A DNA stretch of 64,000 bases from Squalus acanthias (GCA_030390025.1 CM059432.1:31684001-31748000); one strand, 5' to 3'; positions 30,228 to 45,847 are shown, counted from the first letter of the stretch. The notes: generated from the sequence alone by a model not told the origin. Made by a program: numbers and translations.

Positions 30228-32420
30228 GAAACATAGAAAAATAGGAGCAGGAGTAGGCCCTTCGAGCCTGTTCCGCCATTCAATATGATCATGGCTGATC
30301 CTCTATCTCAATACTATATTCCCGCTCTCTCCCCATACCCCTTGATGCCTTTTGTGTCTAGAAATCTATCTATCTCCTTCTTCTTAAATATATTCAGTGA
30401 CTTGGCCTCCACAGCTTTCTGTGGTAGAGAATTCCACAGGTTCACCACCATCTGAGTGAAGACATTTCTCCTCATCTCAATCCTAAATGTCCTACCCCAT
30501 ATCCTGAGACTGTGACCCCTTGTTCTAGACCCCCCAGCCATGGGAAACATCCTCCCTGCATCCAGTCTGTCTAGCCCTGTCAGAATTTTATACGTTTCAA
30601 TGAGATCCCCTCTCATTCTTCTAAACTCTAGTGAATACAGGCCTAGTCGACCCAATCTCTCCTCCTACGACAGTCCTGCCATCCAAGGAATCAGTCTGGT
30701 GAACCTTCGCTGCACTCCCTCTATGGCAAGTATATCCTTTCTTGGGTAAGGAGACCAAAACTGCACACACTACTCCAGGTGTGGTCTCACCAAGGCCCTG
30801 TATAACTAAGACATCCTTGCTCCTGTACTCAAATCCTCTTGCAATGAAGGCCAACATACCATTTGCCTTCCTAACTGCTTGTTTGCTTTCAGTGACTGGT
30901 GTTCAAGGACACCCAGGTCCCTCTGTACATCAACATTTCCCAATCTATCACTATTTAAATAATACTCTACCTTTCTGTCTTTCCTACCGAAGTGGATAAC
31001 TTCACATTTGTCCACGTTATACTGCATCTGCCATGCATTTACCCACTCACTCAACTTGTCTAAATCGCCTAGAAGCCTCTTTGCATCCTCCTCACAACTC
31101 ACAATCCCACCTAGTTTTGTGTCGTCAACAAACTTGGAAGTATTACATTTGGTTCCCTCATCCAAATCATTGATATATATTGTGAATAGCTGAGGCCCAA
31201 GCACTGATCCCTGCGGTACCCCACTAGTCACTGCCTGCCACCGCAAAAAAATCCATTTATTCCTACTCTGTTTCCTGTCTGTTAACCAATTTTCAATTAT
31301 ATTACCCCCAATCCCATGTGCTTTCATTTTGCACATTAACCTCTTATGTGGGACTTTATCAAAGGCCTTCTGAAAATCCAAATACACCACATCCACTGGC
31401 TCTCCCTTATCTATCCTACCAGTTACATCCTCAAAAAAACTCCAGTAGGTTTGTCAAACACTATTTCCCTTTCATAAAACCATGTTGACTCTGTCTAATC
31501 CTGTTGATATTTTCTAAATGTCCTGTTATCACATCCTTTATAATAGACTCGAGCATTTTCCCTACTACTGATGTTAGGCTAACCAGTCTGTAGTTCCCTA
31601 TTTTCCCTCTCCCTCCTTTATTAATAGTGGGGTTACATTTGCTACCCTCCAATCTGTAGGAACTGTTCAATAATCTATAGAATTTTGGAAGATGACAACC
31701 AATGCATCCACTATTTCCATGGCTACCTCTTTTAGTACTCTGGGATGCAGATTATCAGGCCCTGGGGATTTAGCGGCTTTCAGTCCCATTAATTTCTCCA
31801 GCACTATTTTTTTACTAATACTAATTTCCTTTAATTCCTCCTTCTCACTAGACCCTTGGTTCCCTAGCATTTCTGGGAAGTTATTTGTGTCCTCTTCCGT
31901 GAAGACCGAATCAATGCTACTTTTTCTGGCAACTTTATATGACTCCTCTTTGGACCTAATACTATCCTTAATTTCCTTTGTTAACCATGGTTGGGCCGCT
32001 TTTCCTTTTGTGTTTTTGCGCCAGAAAGGAATGTATAACTATTTCAATTCATGCATTCTTTCCTTAAATGTTAGCCATTGCCTATCTATTGTCATGCCTT
32101 TTAATGAAGCTCCCCAATCTATCATAGCCAACTCACTCCTCATATCTTCGTAGTTTCCTTTGTTTAGATTTAGGACCCTAGTTTCAGATTGGACTGCTTC
32201 ACTTTCCATCTTAATGAAGAATTCTACCATGTTATGGTCACTCTTCCCTAAAGGATCCCGCACAACAAGATTATTAATGAACCCCTTCTCATTGCACAAT
32301 ACCCAATCTAGGATAACCTGTTCCCTAGTTGGCTCCTCAACGTACTGGTCTTAAAAAACCATCTCGTACACACTTCAGGAATTCATCCTCCACAGTATTA
32401 TTGCTAATTAACGTACATCT
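30228..32420 (-). mobile_element. Degenerate CR1-type LINE in myd88 intron 1
   Basis: Frameshifted minus ORFs 32039-32299, 31667-31870, 31461-31670, 30806-31396 and 30314-30655 cover the endonuclease C-terminus and RT ([43 protein letters not shown]). Confidence 0.92.
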
Positions 32421-33184
32421 GGGTAAGATTTTCAAGAATGTTTCCCTTGCGCTGCTAGACAGGACAGAAAAAAAGGTTTTTATTTGATGGATATTCCTCT
32501 CAACCCCAGCCTCTAATTTCGTATGCTTTTGTGCTACTCCTATCTTCTGTTGTGTTTCCTTCTCCACCCTCCCTCTCCTCCCCTCTCCCTTCACCATCAC
32601 TAATTTCCTCCAGCCCTACAACCCTCTGAGAACTATTCCTCTGACTCTGGCCTCTTAAGCAGCCCTCCACCCCACTCCCTTTGCCTCACCATCGGTGGCC
32701 GAACCTTCAGACGTCTAGGCTTTACGCTCTGGAATTCCCTCCCTAAACCTCTTCACATCCTTTGCCTCCTTAAGACTTTCCTTAAAACCCACCTCTTTGA
32801 CTAAGCTTTTAATCACTACTCCTAATTTCGCCGCCTTTGGTTGGCATCCATTTTATCTGATTATACTTCTGTGAAGTGCTTTAGGATGTGTTCCTATGTT
32901 AAAGGAGCTATATGAAAGCAGGTTGTTGTAGGTGCGCATGTGTGCAAGAGACAGGGAGAATATACTGTGAGTATGTGCATGAGAAGGAATATACTGTACT
33001 GAGACTAGGTATATGTGATTGAGCGAATATGCCACATATCTTTGAGGAATTATATAGCAGAGTATTGTAAGAATTATTTCTAGAAGCATACATTATCAAA
33101 TGTTATTTGTAAAAGTTGTTTAAATTTGAGAATAGTGAAAGAATGCCAACCAAATCATCTGAAAACAAGCATGAATTTTATAAT

Positions 33185-34725
33185 AAAAACAGAAAATGTT
33201 GGAAATACTCAGCAGGTCAGGCAGCATCAGTGGAGAGAGAAACAGAGTTTCAGGTCGATGACCCTTCGTCAGAACTGGAAAAAGCTGGAGATCGAACATG
33301 TTTTTAAGCAAGGGCAGGGGGAGGGGAGGAAAGAACAAAAAGGAAGGTCTGTGATAGGATGGAAAGCAGGAGAGAATAAGAGACATTAAGAGATGGTGCA
33401 AGGCAAAAGGAGATGGTAATGGGACAAGTTAAGAAACAAAAGATGGCTCTCGCTGAAGTGTAAATGGCACTGGCAGAATGAAAGACAGCTGCCATGTGGG
33501 AGAGAGAAAAATAATAAATAAAATAAATGGGGCGGGGGGGGGGGAGAAAGAATAGGGGCAGAGGTTATGGTCTGAAATTGTTGAACTCTATTTTGAGTCC
33601 AGAAGGCTGTAAAGTGCCTAATCGAACGATGAGGTGCTTTTCCTCGAGCTTCTGTTGAGCTTCATTGGAACAGTGTAAGAGGCTGAGGACGGTGAGGTCT
33701 GAATGGGAGTGGAGCGGAGAATTAAAGTGACAGGTGACCGGAAGCTCGGGGTCACCCTTACGGACTGAGCGGGGGTGTTCCACAAAGCAGTCACCCAATC
33801 TGCGTTTGGTCTCCCCAATGTAGAGGAGACCGTGTCGTGAGCAGCGACTACAGTATACTAAATTGCAAGAAGTACGAGTAAGTCGCTGTTCACCTGGAAG
33901 GAGTGTTTGGGGCCCTGGACAGTGGGATGGGTGGAGGTAAAAGGGCATGTGTTGCATCTCCTGCGCTTGCACGGGAAGGTGCCGGGCAAAGGGGAAGGGG
34001 TGTTGGGGGTGATAGAGGAGTGGACCAGGGTGTCGCGGAGGGAGCAGTCCCTTCGGAATACTGAAAGGGGAGGTGAGGGGAAGATGTGTTCGGTGGTGGG
34101 ATCACGCTGGAGGTGGCAGAAATGGTGGAGGATGATCCGTTGAATGTGGAGGCTGGTGAGGTGAAAGGTGAGGACAAGGGGAACCCTATCGTGGTTCCGG
34201 GAGGGAGGGGAAGGGGTGAGAGCAGAAGTGCGGGAAATAGAACAGACACGGTCAAGGGCCGTGTCAACCATAGTAGAGGGGAATCCTCGGTTGAGGAAAA
34301 AGGAAGACATGTTGGAAGCACTGTTATGGAAGGTGGCATTTTCAGAGCAGATGCGGCGGAGATGGAGAAACTGTGAGAATGGAATAGAGTCCTTTACAGG
34401 AAGCGGGGTGGGAGGAAGTGTAGTCCAGGTAGCTGTGGGAGTCGGTGGGCTTGTAGTGAATGTTTGTCAATAGCCTATCCCCAGAGATGGAGACAGAGAA
34501 GTCGAGGAAGGGAAGAGTCAGAGATGGACCATGTGAAGGTGAGGGAAGGGTGGAAATTGGAAGCAAAGTCAATGAAATTTTCTAGTTCGAGGCGAGAGCA
34601 GGAAACGGCACCGATACAGTCATCAATGTACTGGAAAAAGAGGTGAGGGAGGGGACCTGAGTAGGACTGGAACAAAGAATGTTCCACATATCCCACGAAA
34701 AGGCAGGCATAGCTAGGACCCAACA
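33185..34725 (-). mobile_element. Degenerate Penelope-like element (RT C-terminus, GIY-YIG and 3' end with damaged hammerhead motif)
   Basis: Minus ORFs read GPSYACLFVGYVE..QYIDDC, YKPTDSHSYLDYTSSHP and LVYC..LYIGETKRRLGD. CTGACGA-AGGGTC..GACCT-GAAAC at about 33247-33273 (minus). A different family from 17147-17955. Confidence 0.88.
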
Positions 34726-36217
34726 CCCTTAATTTGGAGGAAGTGAGTGGAGTCAAAGGAGAAGTTGTTCAATGTGAGAACAGTGAATTTTATAATGACA
34801 GCACACTGAAATAAAGCCAAGCAAAGGAGAACTACGGAAGATAGTGTAGCAGGTATTGAATCGAGTGAGAGAAAGACATTTAATGTACTGTCTGTTAGAG
34901 CTGCGAGGTGCCCAGAAATGAACAGGAAATGTTAACATTTTGATTGATGCTCCAGAACACCAGACTCCAGCAGAGTAGTTTAAACCCTGTCCCACAACGC
35001 TGGATTAAATTAAAAAGGGCTCAACTCTTGAGTCAATTCACTGCAGTACAGATGGGAAGATCTCCGCTTTGATTCCTGGTCTGTGCTGAGTTAGCTGACC
35101 TTGGTAGGGCAATTTGCAATTGGCCTCAGTGTCCTTGAATAGTGAGGGGAAAATTCAACCAGGGCCCTGGCTCCTCAGCACTAACTAGTTCCCCCTGCTG
35201 GAAAGATTGCAGATATCGGGTAACTATAGGATCAGGCTTGGTTTTAATACCTTGTCCCATTCCTCCACCATCCCACCTTTGGTTGAATAGCCTAGGCTCA
35301 CCCATGAAAAATAGGTACTTGGGTGAGGGATAGAGAGCTGCTGATGCCTCTATCAAAACACACATCAAAAATTAGGTCAAGATTTCTGCATTTTGCAGCA
35401 GATAGCGTTAAAGAGCAGGTGTGCAGGCATCTGGTGAAGATGAGATAAAGCTTGGCTTTAATACCTTCCCTACAGAAACATCCAGCTAACCTGGATGACC
35501 GGTTTACCTCTCGTGCAAAGAGTAACACCGAATCAGTAATCTCACACTGTGAGTGTCTGCTTAGATTATGCGCTCAAGTTCTGGAATGGGACTCAAATCC
35601 ACAACCCTATGACGCACGGGTGAGAATGCTGCCAAATGAACTAGGTGATGCTGAGGATAGGAGTGGAGAAATCACTTCACAAAGTTTCCACAAAATCACT
35701 TAACGTTGTGCGATTTACCTCAGTAGAATTGTAATACCTCCCACAAAGGAGAATCTTTGTTGTTGATGATGCGGTTGGCAATCTCTGAATGTGATTGGAT
35801 CGGTCTGCCTTTTCCATTGCTGCTTGGACTATCCCAATCTTGTGGCTGCGGAGTAGTTCAAAATGGCATGGTCCCCTCTGCTGGCTGAAGGGGACGCCAG
35901 ACTGCCTTTACGCCTGGAGGACAATGTGGAGTGGCAACTAACACGGACCACTTTGCTCTCACAGCTGGAGAGTAATAAACCAAGACAAATGGAGAAAAGT
36001 GGAAGAACTTGGGAAATATGGAGAGGTGGTGGTGGTGACAAGCTGAGTAACATAACTGATCACCAGTGTCCAAGGAAGAGCTGTGAGGAACTGGATAATC
36101 TGCAGCTCTTTTCCCTCAGAGATGTCGGAGGTCACCTTTTATAGAGGGAAATAAGTCACTTAACAGGATCGAGGAAGTAAACCCAGAGCAGTACTTGAGC
36201 AGCAGAACAAGAGGGTA

Positions 36218-36530
36218 CAGTGTAGTGGTTGTGTTACTAGACTAGTAATCCACAGGTCTTGATCTGTGGAACGTGAGTTCAAATCCCATCATGGCAGTTT
36301 ACAAAAATATGGAAATACAGAGCTGGTATCATTAAAAGTAACTATGAAGCTGTCGGACTGTTGTAAAAATCCAACTGGTTCACTAATGTCCTATTAGGGA
36401 AGGAAACCAGCAATCCTTCGTTGGTCTGAGACTCATGTCCCAACCTACTGGTTGACTCCCAAACCACTCCGTTGAATCAAAACAGAACCTGCAGAGGTTC
36501 AAGGTAAAGATCCACACCACCCCTTCAGGA
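36218..36530 (+). mobile_element. tRNA-derived SINE, second family (another interrupted copy at about 42200-42960 in the myd88 3' UTR)
   Basis: Box A/B-like head (GTGTAGTGG...GAGTTCAAATCC) and shared body CAACTGGTTCACTAATGTCC..AGGAAACC. Confidence 0.65.
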
Positions 36531-36734
36531 CAGTATTTTAAACTCAAAAGGGTAGATCAGATTGGCAGGAATGGTGGTTGAAACGGAAGATGGTAGGGTT
36601 GGTATTCTGGAAGGATGAGATCAAATGGACAGCAGATTGGGATGAAGAAAGCTTCATTTTTAGGGAAAAATAGCATGAATTCAAAAATGTGCATCTGCGT
36701 TTAAAATATTGTAATCTACTTTCATTCTTTACAG

Positions 36735-36845
36735 AAGAGTACTGTAGACGGTACCTCAACAAACCCCTTCAGGTGCCATCAGTGGATAGCAGTGGGCCCA
36801 AGACACCAGCTTTGGCTGGAATTACAACAGGCGATGACCCCACAG
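36735..36845 (+). CDS. myd88: MyD88 coding exon 2 (intermediate domain, 111 nt)
   Basis: Acceptor TTCTTTACAG and donor G|GTAAT. Reads (E)[36 protein letters not shown](G). Phase 1-1. Confidence 0.93.
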
Positions 36846-38403
36846 GTAATCTGCAGAACAAGATTTCATTTTATTTTCCATTAATATAACTTTTTTATAT
36901 ATACAAGATCAAAGGAACCTCCATTATCTGCCATAACGAAGACCATCCTCCCCATTGGTTTACATTACCATGTCAAGTTACAGGCATCTGAGGATCAGGC
37001 CCATATTTCCTCCATCTTAAAAATTGATATTTTTTGAAAAAGTGCGGATGGTCCTGACCCCAATTGGTCTTTGGGATCGGAAGCCCTGGTTTCTGCGGGT
37101 GCCCCCGGCCCGACGCCCTGCCTCGTGCGGGTGTCCTGACCAGAAACTAAATATTATGGATGCTATATTTTGCCAGTTACTGAACAATTCAAATAATAAC
37201 TACCTATCCTCCTGGATCAAGAATGCAGAGTCTGTAGAATCAATTCAAAACATCAATTAAATTTTAACTTTTATACAAAACTGAATTAGACTGAAAGCCA
37301 TGAAAATTGTTGCGGATGAGCGGGAGTGCCAATAATCTGAGCTCCACATTTATTATGAAATCTTTGGATCAAAACAGAGAGCAATAGCAGTGCAAACACA
37401 TTTGCAGAGAAATCTAATGGCCTCATACATTTAAGTTAGGATTTTCTTATTTAGGCTGGGAATAATATTTAAGATAGATATCCCTTCAATTTTTGGTTGT
37501 GACCTCTAAATTGAGAGAGCATGACCATGACTGGTTGACTCCCAATCTAATATCTCCTCCCAGTGGGAAGTGATTTTTTTAAATTTTCCCCCTGGCCTGG
37601 GTAAGATGAGGAACTCTAAGCATGTGAAGGAACAGGGGCTTCAATGCTGAGCTTGAAATAGAAGGCCAGCTATACAGTGCGATCATCCAGTTGAAGTACG
37701 AGTAAGAACCCCCAACCTTGATCTACCCAAGGACTGTGACCCTAACCATTGGGATCACCTTGTTTTTAACCCAACCCAACTGGACACGGCCACAAGACCA
37801 AACTGATTGGTTCAACTCTTAAATATTCAGTACAACCTGCTTATTACTACAGTCTACGTTGTACGCAATACACTACATAAAACGTAAGGGTAAATTCAGT
37901 GCTCCCAGCAGGAAGCCACTTGAAGGGAGCACAGGTTAGAGAATCAGTTCTACAGTTTTGTAGTCCAGTCTCCGACCCTCGCTCCCATTGAAAGCAACTC
38001 TCGCTGGGAGCATAGTTTCAGTGAATTTACCCTCTAGATCACCAACATAAAAGACTAATCAAGGAAGAACAATTGCGGCAACATTAAAAATAGAGAGTAG
38101 CAGGACATGAGCTTAATGCTAGAACAGCAGGAATAAAATTTAAGGAGGCCAGTGTATCTCTCAGTTTATGGAGTCACAGGAACATAGGAAAAAAGATGAA
38201 AAAAGACCACGGTCTCTCTAGTTCCCCTTTTACCATCCTGGTTATCGGAATGACACAGCAATAATGGAGTTGCTGACTAATCCTAGCAATCAATCTCTAT
38301 CAATTGTTCTACAACAGACCCAGACATGAGGTGAGGAAACCACAGTGGTGGAGCACTTTAGGAACCATAGGAGGGTACCATGTAGTAGGTGATGGATCAA
38401 TAA

Positions 38404-38619
<216 letters not shown>

Positions 38620-39872
38620 TAGGCGGAATTTGAAAGCGTGGCAAGTTTCTGGGATAACAGGCATGCATCAGCAGAGAGTTCTACTCCGAGTTGGCTGTGC
38701 TAACCACCTGTTCCCAATAATTTGCCACACGATTAGGGAAGGGCATTCAATATGTCTCATGGGTACATGGTCTTAAGGTCCATCTCCTTTGCCTTCGACC
38801 ATCCTTGTAGTCGCAGGATACAATGATAATGGAGTTGTTGACTAATCATAGCAATTAGTCTCCAACAGACCCAGACATGAGGTGAGGAAAACTCCCAGTG
38901 GTGGAAAGCTTTGGAAACAAAGTCACCTGTTCCTCCCAAGCATGGTCTCTTAGTTAGGTATCATAGAGCAAGGTTTTGAACTTAAAAGGTTCTAAAATGC
39001 CTTCTGGTACCTCATACAAGACTCTTATTCACATGTGAGCTTTGACTGTGAGTCTTGGCAGGCTACTCAAAACCAAGGAGGATCACAGCCAAGCCTAATT
39101 CAAGCTTTCCCTAATGCTCCCAGCAGGGATTGCTGCATAGTGATCAGGAGCAGAACCCCAAGCCAATTTATCTTTCCTCCCTGGGGCCAAGGATCTTGCC
39201 CCTACCGTTGCTTGTCCTGAGAACGACTAACACAACACAGACCGGGGATTGAATAAGGATCTTTCTGTATGGCTCGGGTGGATAAGCTCGCCAAGTCATT
39301 TGGGGAGCTGTGACTCTAGCTTTGACTGACTCTCAAACTCCTGTAACCTTATGTCAGTTTTCATATGGTGGATTGAGATGAGATGGAGGACACCCCCTTC
39401 AGGGGAGGATGGTTTATTAGCACAATTACCCCAGACGTGTACCTTCCATCAATCAAGGAAACGCATCAGTGGCAAAAATGGAGACTTTCCAGCTCAGATT
39501 GCCCACCCACCAGTCCCTGACTGAAGGAGAAAATAAAGGCAGGCACAATGCCAAGGGTAAATGGGGACCTGTAGTTCCACTCTGGATAATGAGTTGGGAT
39601 GGGCTGAATTTGCTGCTTCATTTTGCAATAAAATTTGGAATCAAACCAATGCCTTTACTGCCAGTTGCAAGGCCATCTCATTTAAATACTTTTCAATTGG
39701 CAATTACATTTAGTTCTCTGGCTCCAGTACTCCATAGATGATCATTTCACTTTTGTCAGCAAATAACCTTTATGCAATTGAACACATTTGTAAGCAAACT
39801 TTTTTCAAGCTGAAATCTACATCAGACAAAAAAGGTCAAAAGTAATTAAAATAGTAAACCAGAATGAGATGA

Positions 39873-40106
<234 letters not shown>

Positions 40107-41073
40107 TGATTCATCTCATTTTCACTTCTACTTTTTTCAACCTATATGGTCTCTTGCTTTAGCCCTACACTTGGGTTTTTCAACTTTTCTCTCTCTTTGA
40201 GCAATGTAACCCTGATGAGTTTTATTGCTTTTTTTTTCCAAGTGATGTTTCACATCCTGTGTCACTTCACAAAGTTTTGCTATTTTTCACCTGTGATCAC
40301 TCACCTACTGAACTCCCAACTGTAATGTGTCACAGTGCAACGGTAATGACTGAAATCCTGGCAAGCCTTCTTTCCATCCCTACTCCCATTGGGATGATGA
40401 GATGAGTCTTCCTCAGCCCCAGTGTGACTTGCTTGCTGAAGGACACTATTAGAGCAGCAGAGACTTCCAGCAGTTGATGCTTGGTGTGGTGAGAAGAGGG
40501 AGGAAAATGCCTTTCTTTTGGCTCCTCATGGCTCTGCAAGGTGCGGTACTGCGCTATATAGAGCCCATTCCAGTTTTGTTTCTTTTTCTGTCTTCAGTCT
40601 TGACTCATCTCAGCCAGAGAGATAGTGGGAGTACTGCAGAGAAGGGGGGGGCGGAATGGTTGCAGTTCTTGATCGCTAATCATTGACACCAGCTGGAAAG
40701 TTCCCAGTTTAATAGACATTTGGCGAAGACGGGATCGGGGTTGGCTGTGATGCCACTCACCTTAGAATGGCCTGCTGACGTCTATTGTCTGGGCTCACAC
40801 ACAAATGCAGAATTAGTAGTAGATAAATTAAAAGGAAGTTGGATAGCAGGAATTTTTTCTCATGCAAAGAGTCTTAAGGATATAGACTGCTTTACTGACG
40901 TGGTGATTGAAACCAAAGGAATGACACTTGAGGGAATTCGATAAGCACTTGAAAAATATTAAAGGGTTTGGAGAAAGAGTAGAGAAATGGAATTAGAGTA
41001 GATAGCTGTGCTAGCGATGGGAATCATTGGATGAATGGCCTTCTGTGAAGAATCGTTTGTTGGGGTGGGGTGA

Positions 41074-41373
<300 letters not shown>

Positions 41374-43192
41374 GAGGAGAACCTAGAGAGGGAGCGGAAG
41401 TACTCTAGGTGGTTGGTGTCATTTTCGTTGTAAAAATGAAGACAGTATGGGGATTCTACCACAAGCTGACTCTGGTGGACTGTACCCAATGACCAGCTCC
41501 AGTGTCTTGACTACACCGTACTCTCTCTTCAGTATTAAAAGGACTAGGTCTCTTCTCACTGGGGCCAAATTTAAATTAAAAGAAAAAAAGTTTTTCAACA
41601 ATTTCAAGGATGCAGTCAAGATTACCATGTTGAGGAGGTGCAGAGCTGTTGATAAATTATAACTACATCTTTTTTCAGCTAGGTATCGGCCTCATGCAGA
41701 AGCCCATCACCGTGTTTGAGTCTATAAATCAAGCTAATGAAAAGTCTGTAGTCATGTGTAGATTTTCTGTTTGCCCAGACATGTTATCGTTGACCCCAAA
41801 GAGGCAATGTCTGCTCCTTCCTTTCACCCCACTCTGTCACCTGGGAGGATAGTCCCTAGTTGGTTATGTGACAACTGACATTATGAAACTTGTGTTAGGA
41901 TCTGAAACGTTGGCCATGTTGGAGATGTCCATATTGGCCCCATGGTAACGTGAAACTCAAGCTGTGCAGGTGCAAACAAGGTTATATAATTCTCATTTTG
42001 TTGTGAGTTCCAAGTCTATCGATCAAAATCTGGCCAGCCACTGCTTGATGATGTCAAACCATGATCTCCTTGGGCTTTCACTTAATTTCTTCCCTTTTGA
42101 ATTCTCCACAAAAGTGGTGTGTAAGCTCCCAGCTGGCATCACAAACTGCAGTGCTGAAGTAGGACATTGTGTCAACTCACTCAAACAAATACACACACAT
42201 TGTAATGGTTATCTTACCGGACTATTCATTCTCGACTAATAATCCAGGGACTGTGAGTTCAAAGCTGGGGCTCTTTTTGTGTGTGGTAGGGTAAATGTAG
42301 AGAAAATGTCTCCGCTTGTAGGGGTGCTCAAAACTAAGAGGTCATAAATATGAGATAGTCACTAATAAATCCAATAGGAAATTCAAGTGAATCTTCTTTG
42401 CCCAATGAGTGGTAAGAATGTGGAACTTGCTATCACAAGGAGTAGTTGAGGTGAATAGCATAGATGCACATGAGGGGAAAGGAATAGAAGGATATGGTTA
42501 GATGAAGAGGGGTAGGAGGAGACTCATATGGAGCATAAATGCCAGCATAGACTAGTTGGGCCAAATGGCCTGTTTCTGATCTGTAGACTCTGAATAACTT
42601 TATGTAAATCCCACCATGGCACTTTGAGAATTTGCATTCTGTTTTGGAAAAAATAATTAGGAAATAGCTGGTATTAGACCATAAAGCTGTAGGATTATTG
42701 TAGAAACCCAACTGGTTCACTAATGTCCTTTTGAGGAAGGAAACCTGCTGTCCTTGCCGGTCTGGCATATTTGTGATTCCAGTCCCACACAAATGTGTCT
42801 GACTCTTAACTGCCCTCTGAAGTGACCTAGCAAGCTGTTCAGTTGTATCAAACCGCTATCAGCGGTTCAAGAAGAAGGTCCACTACTATCTTCTCAGAGC
42901 AACTAGGAATGGGCATAAAATGTTGGCCTCGCCAGTAACTCCCGCATCCTGAGAATGAAAAAAAAATGGTACTTATAAGAGAACACGTTCTAGTCAACAA
43001 TTGGAGCTTTCAGTGTTATCCACGTTCTGAGAACTAAAAGTGGGCCTTTTTTCTTGGCCTCTGTGGTTATAACTTTTCAATTCAGTGCGTGTAATGGTTT
43101 TGTTCCTTTTTTTTCCTCTCTGGTTTTACATATTTTTACTGACGTTTTATATATGTTTTTTTCTATGTGAAAAGCCAATTGTAAAAGCATTC

Positions 43193-43198
43193 AATAAA
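43193..43198 (+). terminator. Candidate myd88 polyadenylation signal
   Basis: AATAAA after a U-rich region and followed by a GU-rich downstream element, implying a 3' UTR of about 1.8 kb. Confidence 0.55.
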
Positions 43199-44999
43199 CG
43201 CTTTATAAAAGCTTAGTTTCAGGTGGCTGATGTGCTCACTGTGGTTGGTTTTCCAGTGATAAAATGTGTTACATGTGCACAAAACACTCATTTTAAATGA
43301 TAGATTCGAACTCTACTTGATCTCTTCCTTTTTCTCCCAACTGGTTTAAAAAAAAAACACCACAGAAGCACTGTGTACAGTTCTGGACGCTACAACCTAT
43401 TTGTTCCTAGTGACTGCAAAGGAGAGCTGTTTGATTCGCAATGATTGCGGGATGAGCTGGAATTAATTGGGAGGGAGTGATCTTAAGGCCAGAACACTTG
43501 ACTGTTTTCATCAACAGATTATGTAATGGGAATCAAGTGAGAGAGAATTTGCATTTATGGAGCACCTTTCACAAGCTTAGGATACCCCCAAGTGATTCAC
43601 AGCCAATGAAGGACTTTTGAAGTGTAGTCATGTTATTGTAATATAGGAAATCGCAGCAGCCAATTGACATGTAGCAAGATACCACAAACCACAATGAGAC
43701 ATATGTTTTTTAATGATGTTGGTTAAGGTATAAATGTTGGACAGGAACCAGGAGAGCCAGGAAGCACTCTCTCTGGAGTGTCAGCCTGCATTTTGTATTC
43801 AAGTCTCTTGAACCCAAGGTGTTCTGATAAAGGCAAGAATAATATCACTGAACTAAACGCAGACACCTAGTTTGAATTGCTGCCTTCATCCAAACTGATC
43901 TTATCACCAAATGCAAGTCTTTGGCCACAAAATTCGGCTCATAGCGCCTGTTGTTTGGGGGCCATTTAGCTTCCAAAATGGCGTCCATGGTGCGCGTCCT
44001 CACTTCTGGTGCGAGCCGCACCGGACACAATCTTGGGTAGGGCGTTCGAGTGCGTGCACGTAGGGATCGTCCGCCGGAAGCATGCAGAGTAGGCGGATTG
44101 TGAAGACCGTCATCATGCAACGCTGATTTGACGCCAGCACTGCCATTTTGGAACTCAACTCTCCAGCTAACACTCTCTCTCAAACTCTCTCAGCTGAACA
44201 CACATTTGGCAGCACCACCAGTGCTATTTAAAGGGATCATTACCAACTTCCAGGTTAGTTGCAGATAGATTTCTGCTGGCTTTTGCTGCATTTCTAGAAG
44301 TGGCTGGTGGTTTCTAGAGTTCTTTAAAGTTGCTAAAGTCTACAGGGTATGGTGTGACAGGTGCTGAAGGACTTTGCCCTGACTTCAAGGCTTCTGCACA
44401 GACCACTTGCTCCCAGACATGGGTGCACTAGTAAGCATTCCCCTTGGCCTATAGCATAACAGGGAGAATGAGCAGAGCAGGACAAGCTGCTGGAAGAGGG
44501 AGGAGGGGAAGAAGGGCTCTCAGCAGGAGGCCATATCTGCCCAGGGTGTTCAAGCAGCAATACTTTCTGAACCTCAGCGAGGAACTAAGGATGTCCTCAC
44601 TGAAATCTGTCACCTGCTGCAGCCACAACTGCAACCTCAGAGCAGGGCAAGGACTGCATTGCTAGTGGCTGTGAAGGTGACATTGGCCATGAACTTTTGT
44701 GTTGGGCTCCTTCCAGGCTGAAGCAGGAGATATTTGCAATATCTCCCAGTTTGCCATTCACTGAGGCTCTGTATTGCAAGAGAGCTGAATACATTTCATT
44801 CCCTCTAGCCAGAAAGCAGCAGGCGGAGTGAGCACACGGCTTTGCGAGGACTGCATGCATGTCACTTTGCAGGCGCCGCATGTAAACTCTGATGTACAGC
44901 AACCGAAAGGGATTCCACTCTCTCAACATCCAGCTGGTGTGTGATCATACTCAGCGAATCATGCAGGTGAATGCCCGGTATCCTGGCAGTAGTCATGAT

Positions 45000-45175
45000 C
45001 AAAGTTCCCTCTAAGCTGCGCTTTGTTGTGTGCAGCCTGTCTATTTCAATGCGCAGTCCCTTTAAATTTCTGCGCATGTGCAGTATTTCCAATGGAAAAG
45101 CTTGTGAGCGGCCTGCGTAGTACCTTGCAGGTTACTGAGTGGCTGTGCACGCATGCAACTTAGAGGGAACATTTG
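45000..45175. mobile_element. Small MITE (hAT-like TIRs) inserted in the Harbinger remnant
   Basis: Inverted ends AAAGTTCCCTCTAAG.TGC and GCAACTTAGAGGGAACATTT interrupt the transposase right after the SHD motif. Confidence 0.65.
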
Positions 45176-45847
45176 CTGTGCCTTCTGCATTTGAGTCACC
45201 ACAACAAAATAGAGGGTGGCTACTGGGCGATAAGGGCTATCCGTTAACGATATGGCTCATGACTCTAGTATGCAACCCATGCGCACGTGGGTAGCATGTA
45301 TATACCGAAAGCCATGGTGCCACATGAAATATCATCGAGCACACCATTGGCGTGCTGAAGCAATGCTTCCACTGCCTGGACCACTCTGGAGGAGCTCTGC
45401 AGTACTCGGCAGAGTGAGTGTCAAGATTTGTGGTGGTCTGCCGCATTCTGCGCAACCTTGCCATCATGAAGGCACAGCCCTTGTCACCAGCTATATGGTG
45501 ACCAGCTGAGGAGATAGAAGAGGGAGGAGGAAGAGGAAGGAAGGAGGCAACCTAGACAGCCCCTTTCTGCCTGTCTAGTGACCGACTCATCCGACTACAA
45601 TACCAATAAACACAGCCCCAATTCCCCATTCAGCAACAGTCCCACACCTTACCTTCCCTCTGTCACTGACCATCACAATGGCCGCTTGGACGCAATGCAA
45701 AAATAAAAGCCACCACAAAATAAAAATTCCAAACCAAAATGCCTTATTGCATACAAAAGTCAACTAATCACCCTTGTGCATTCCCTTAATTCCTGTCTTC
45801 TTTGTACCTTTGACTGTCCTAATGCTCCTACGCAGTGCTATCCCAAT

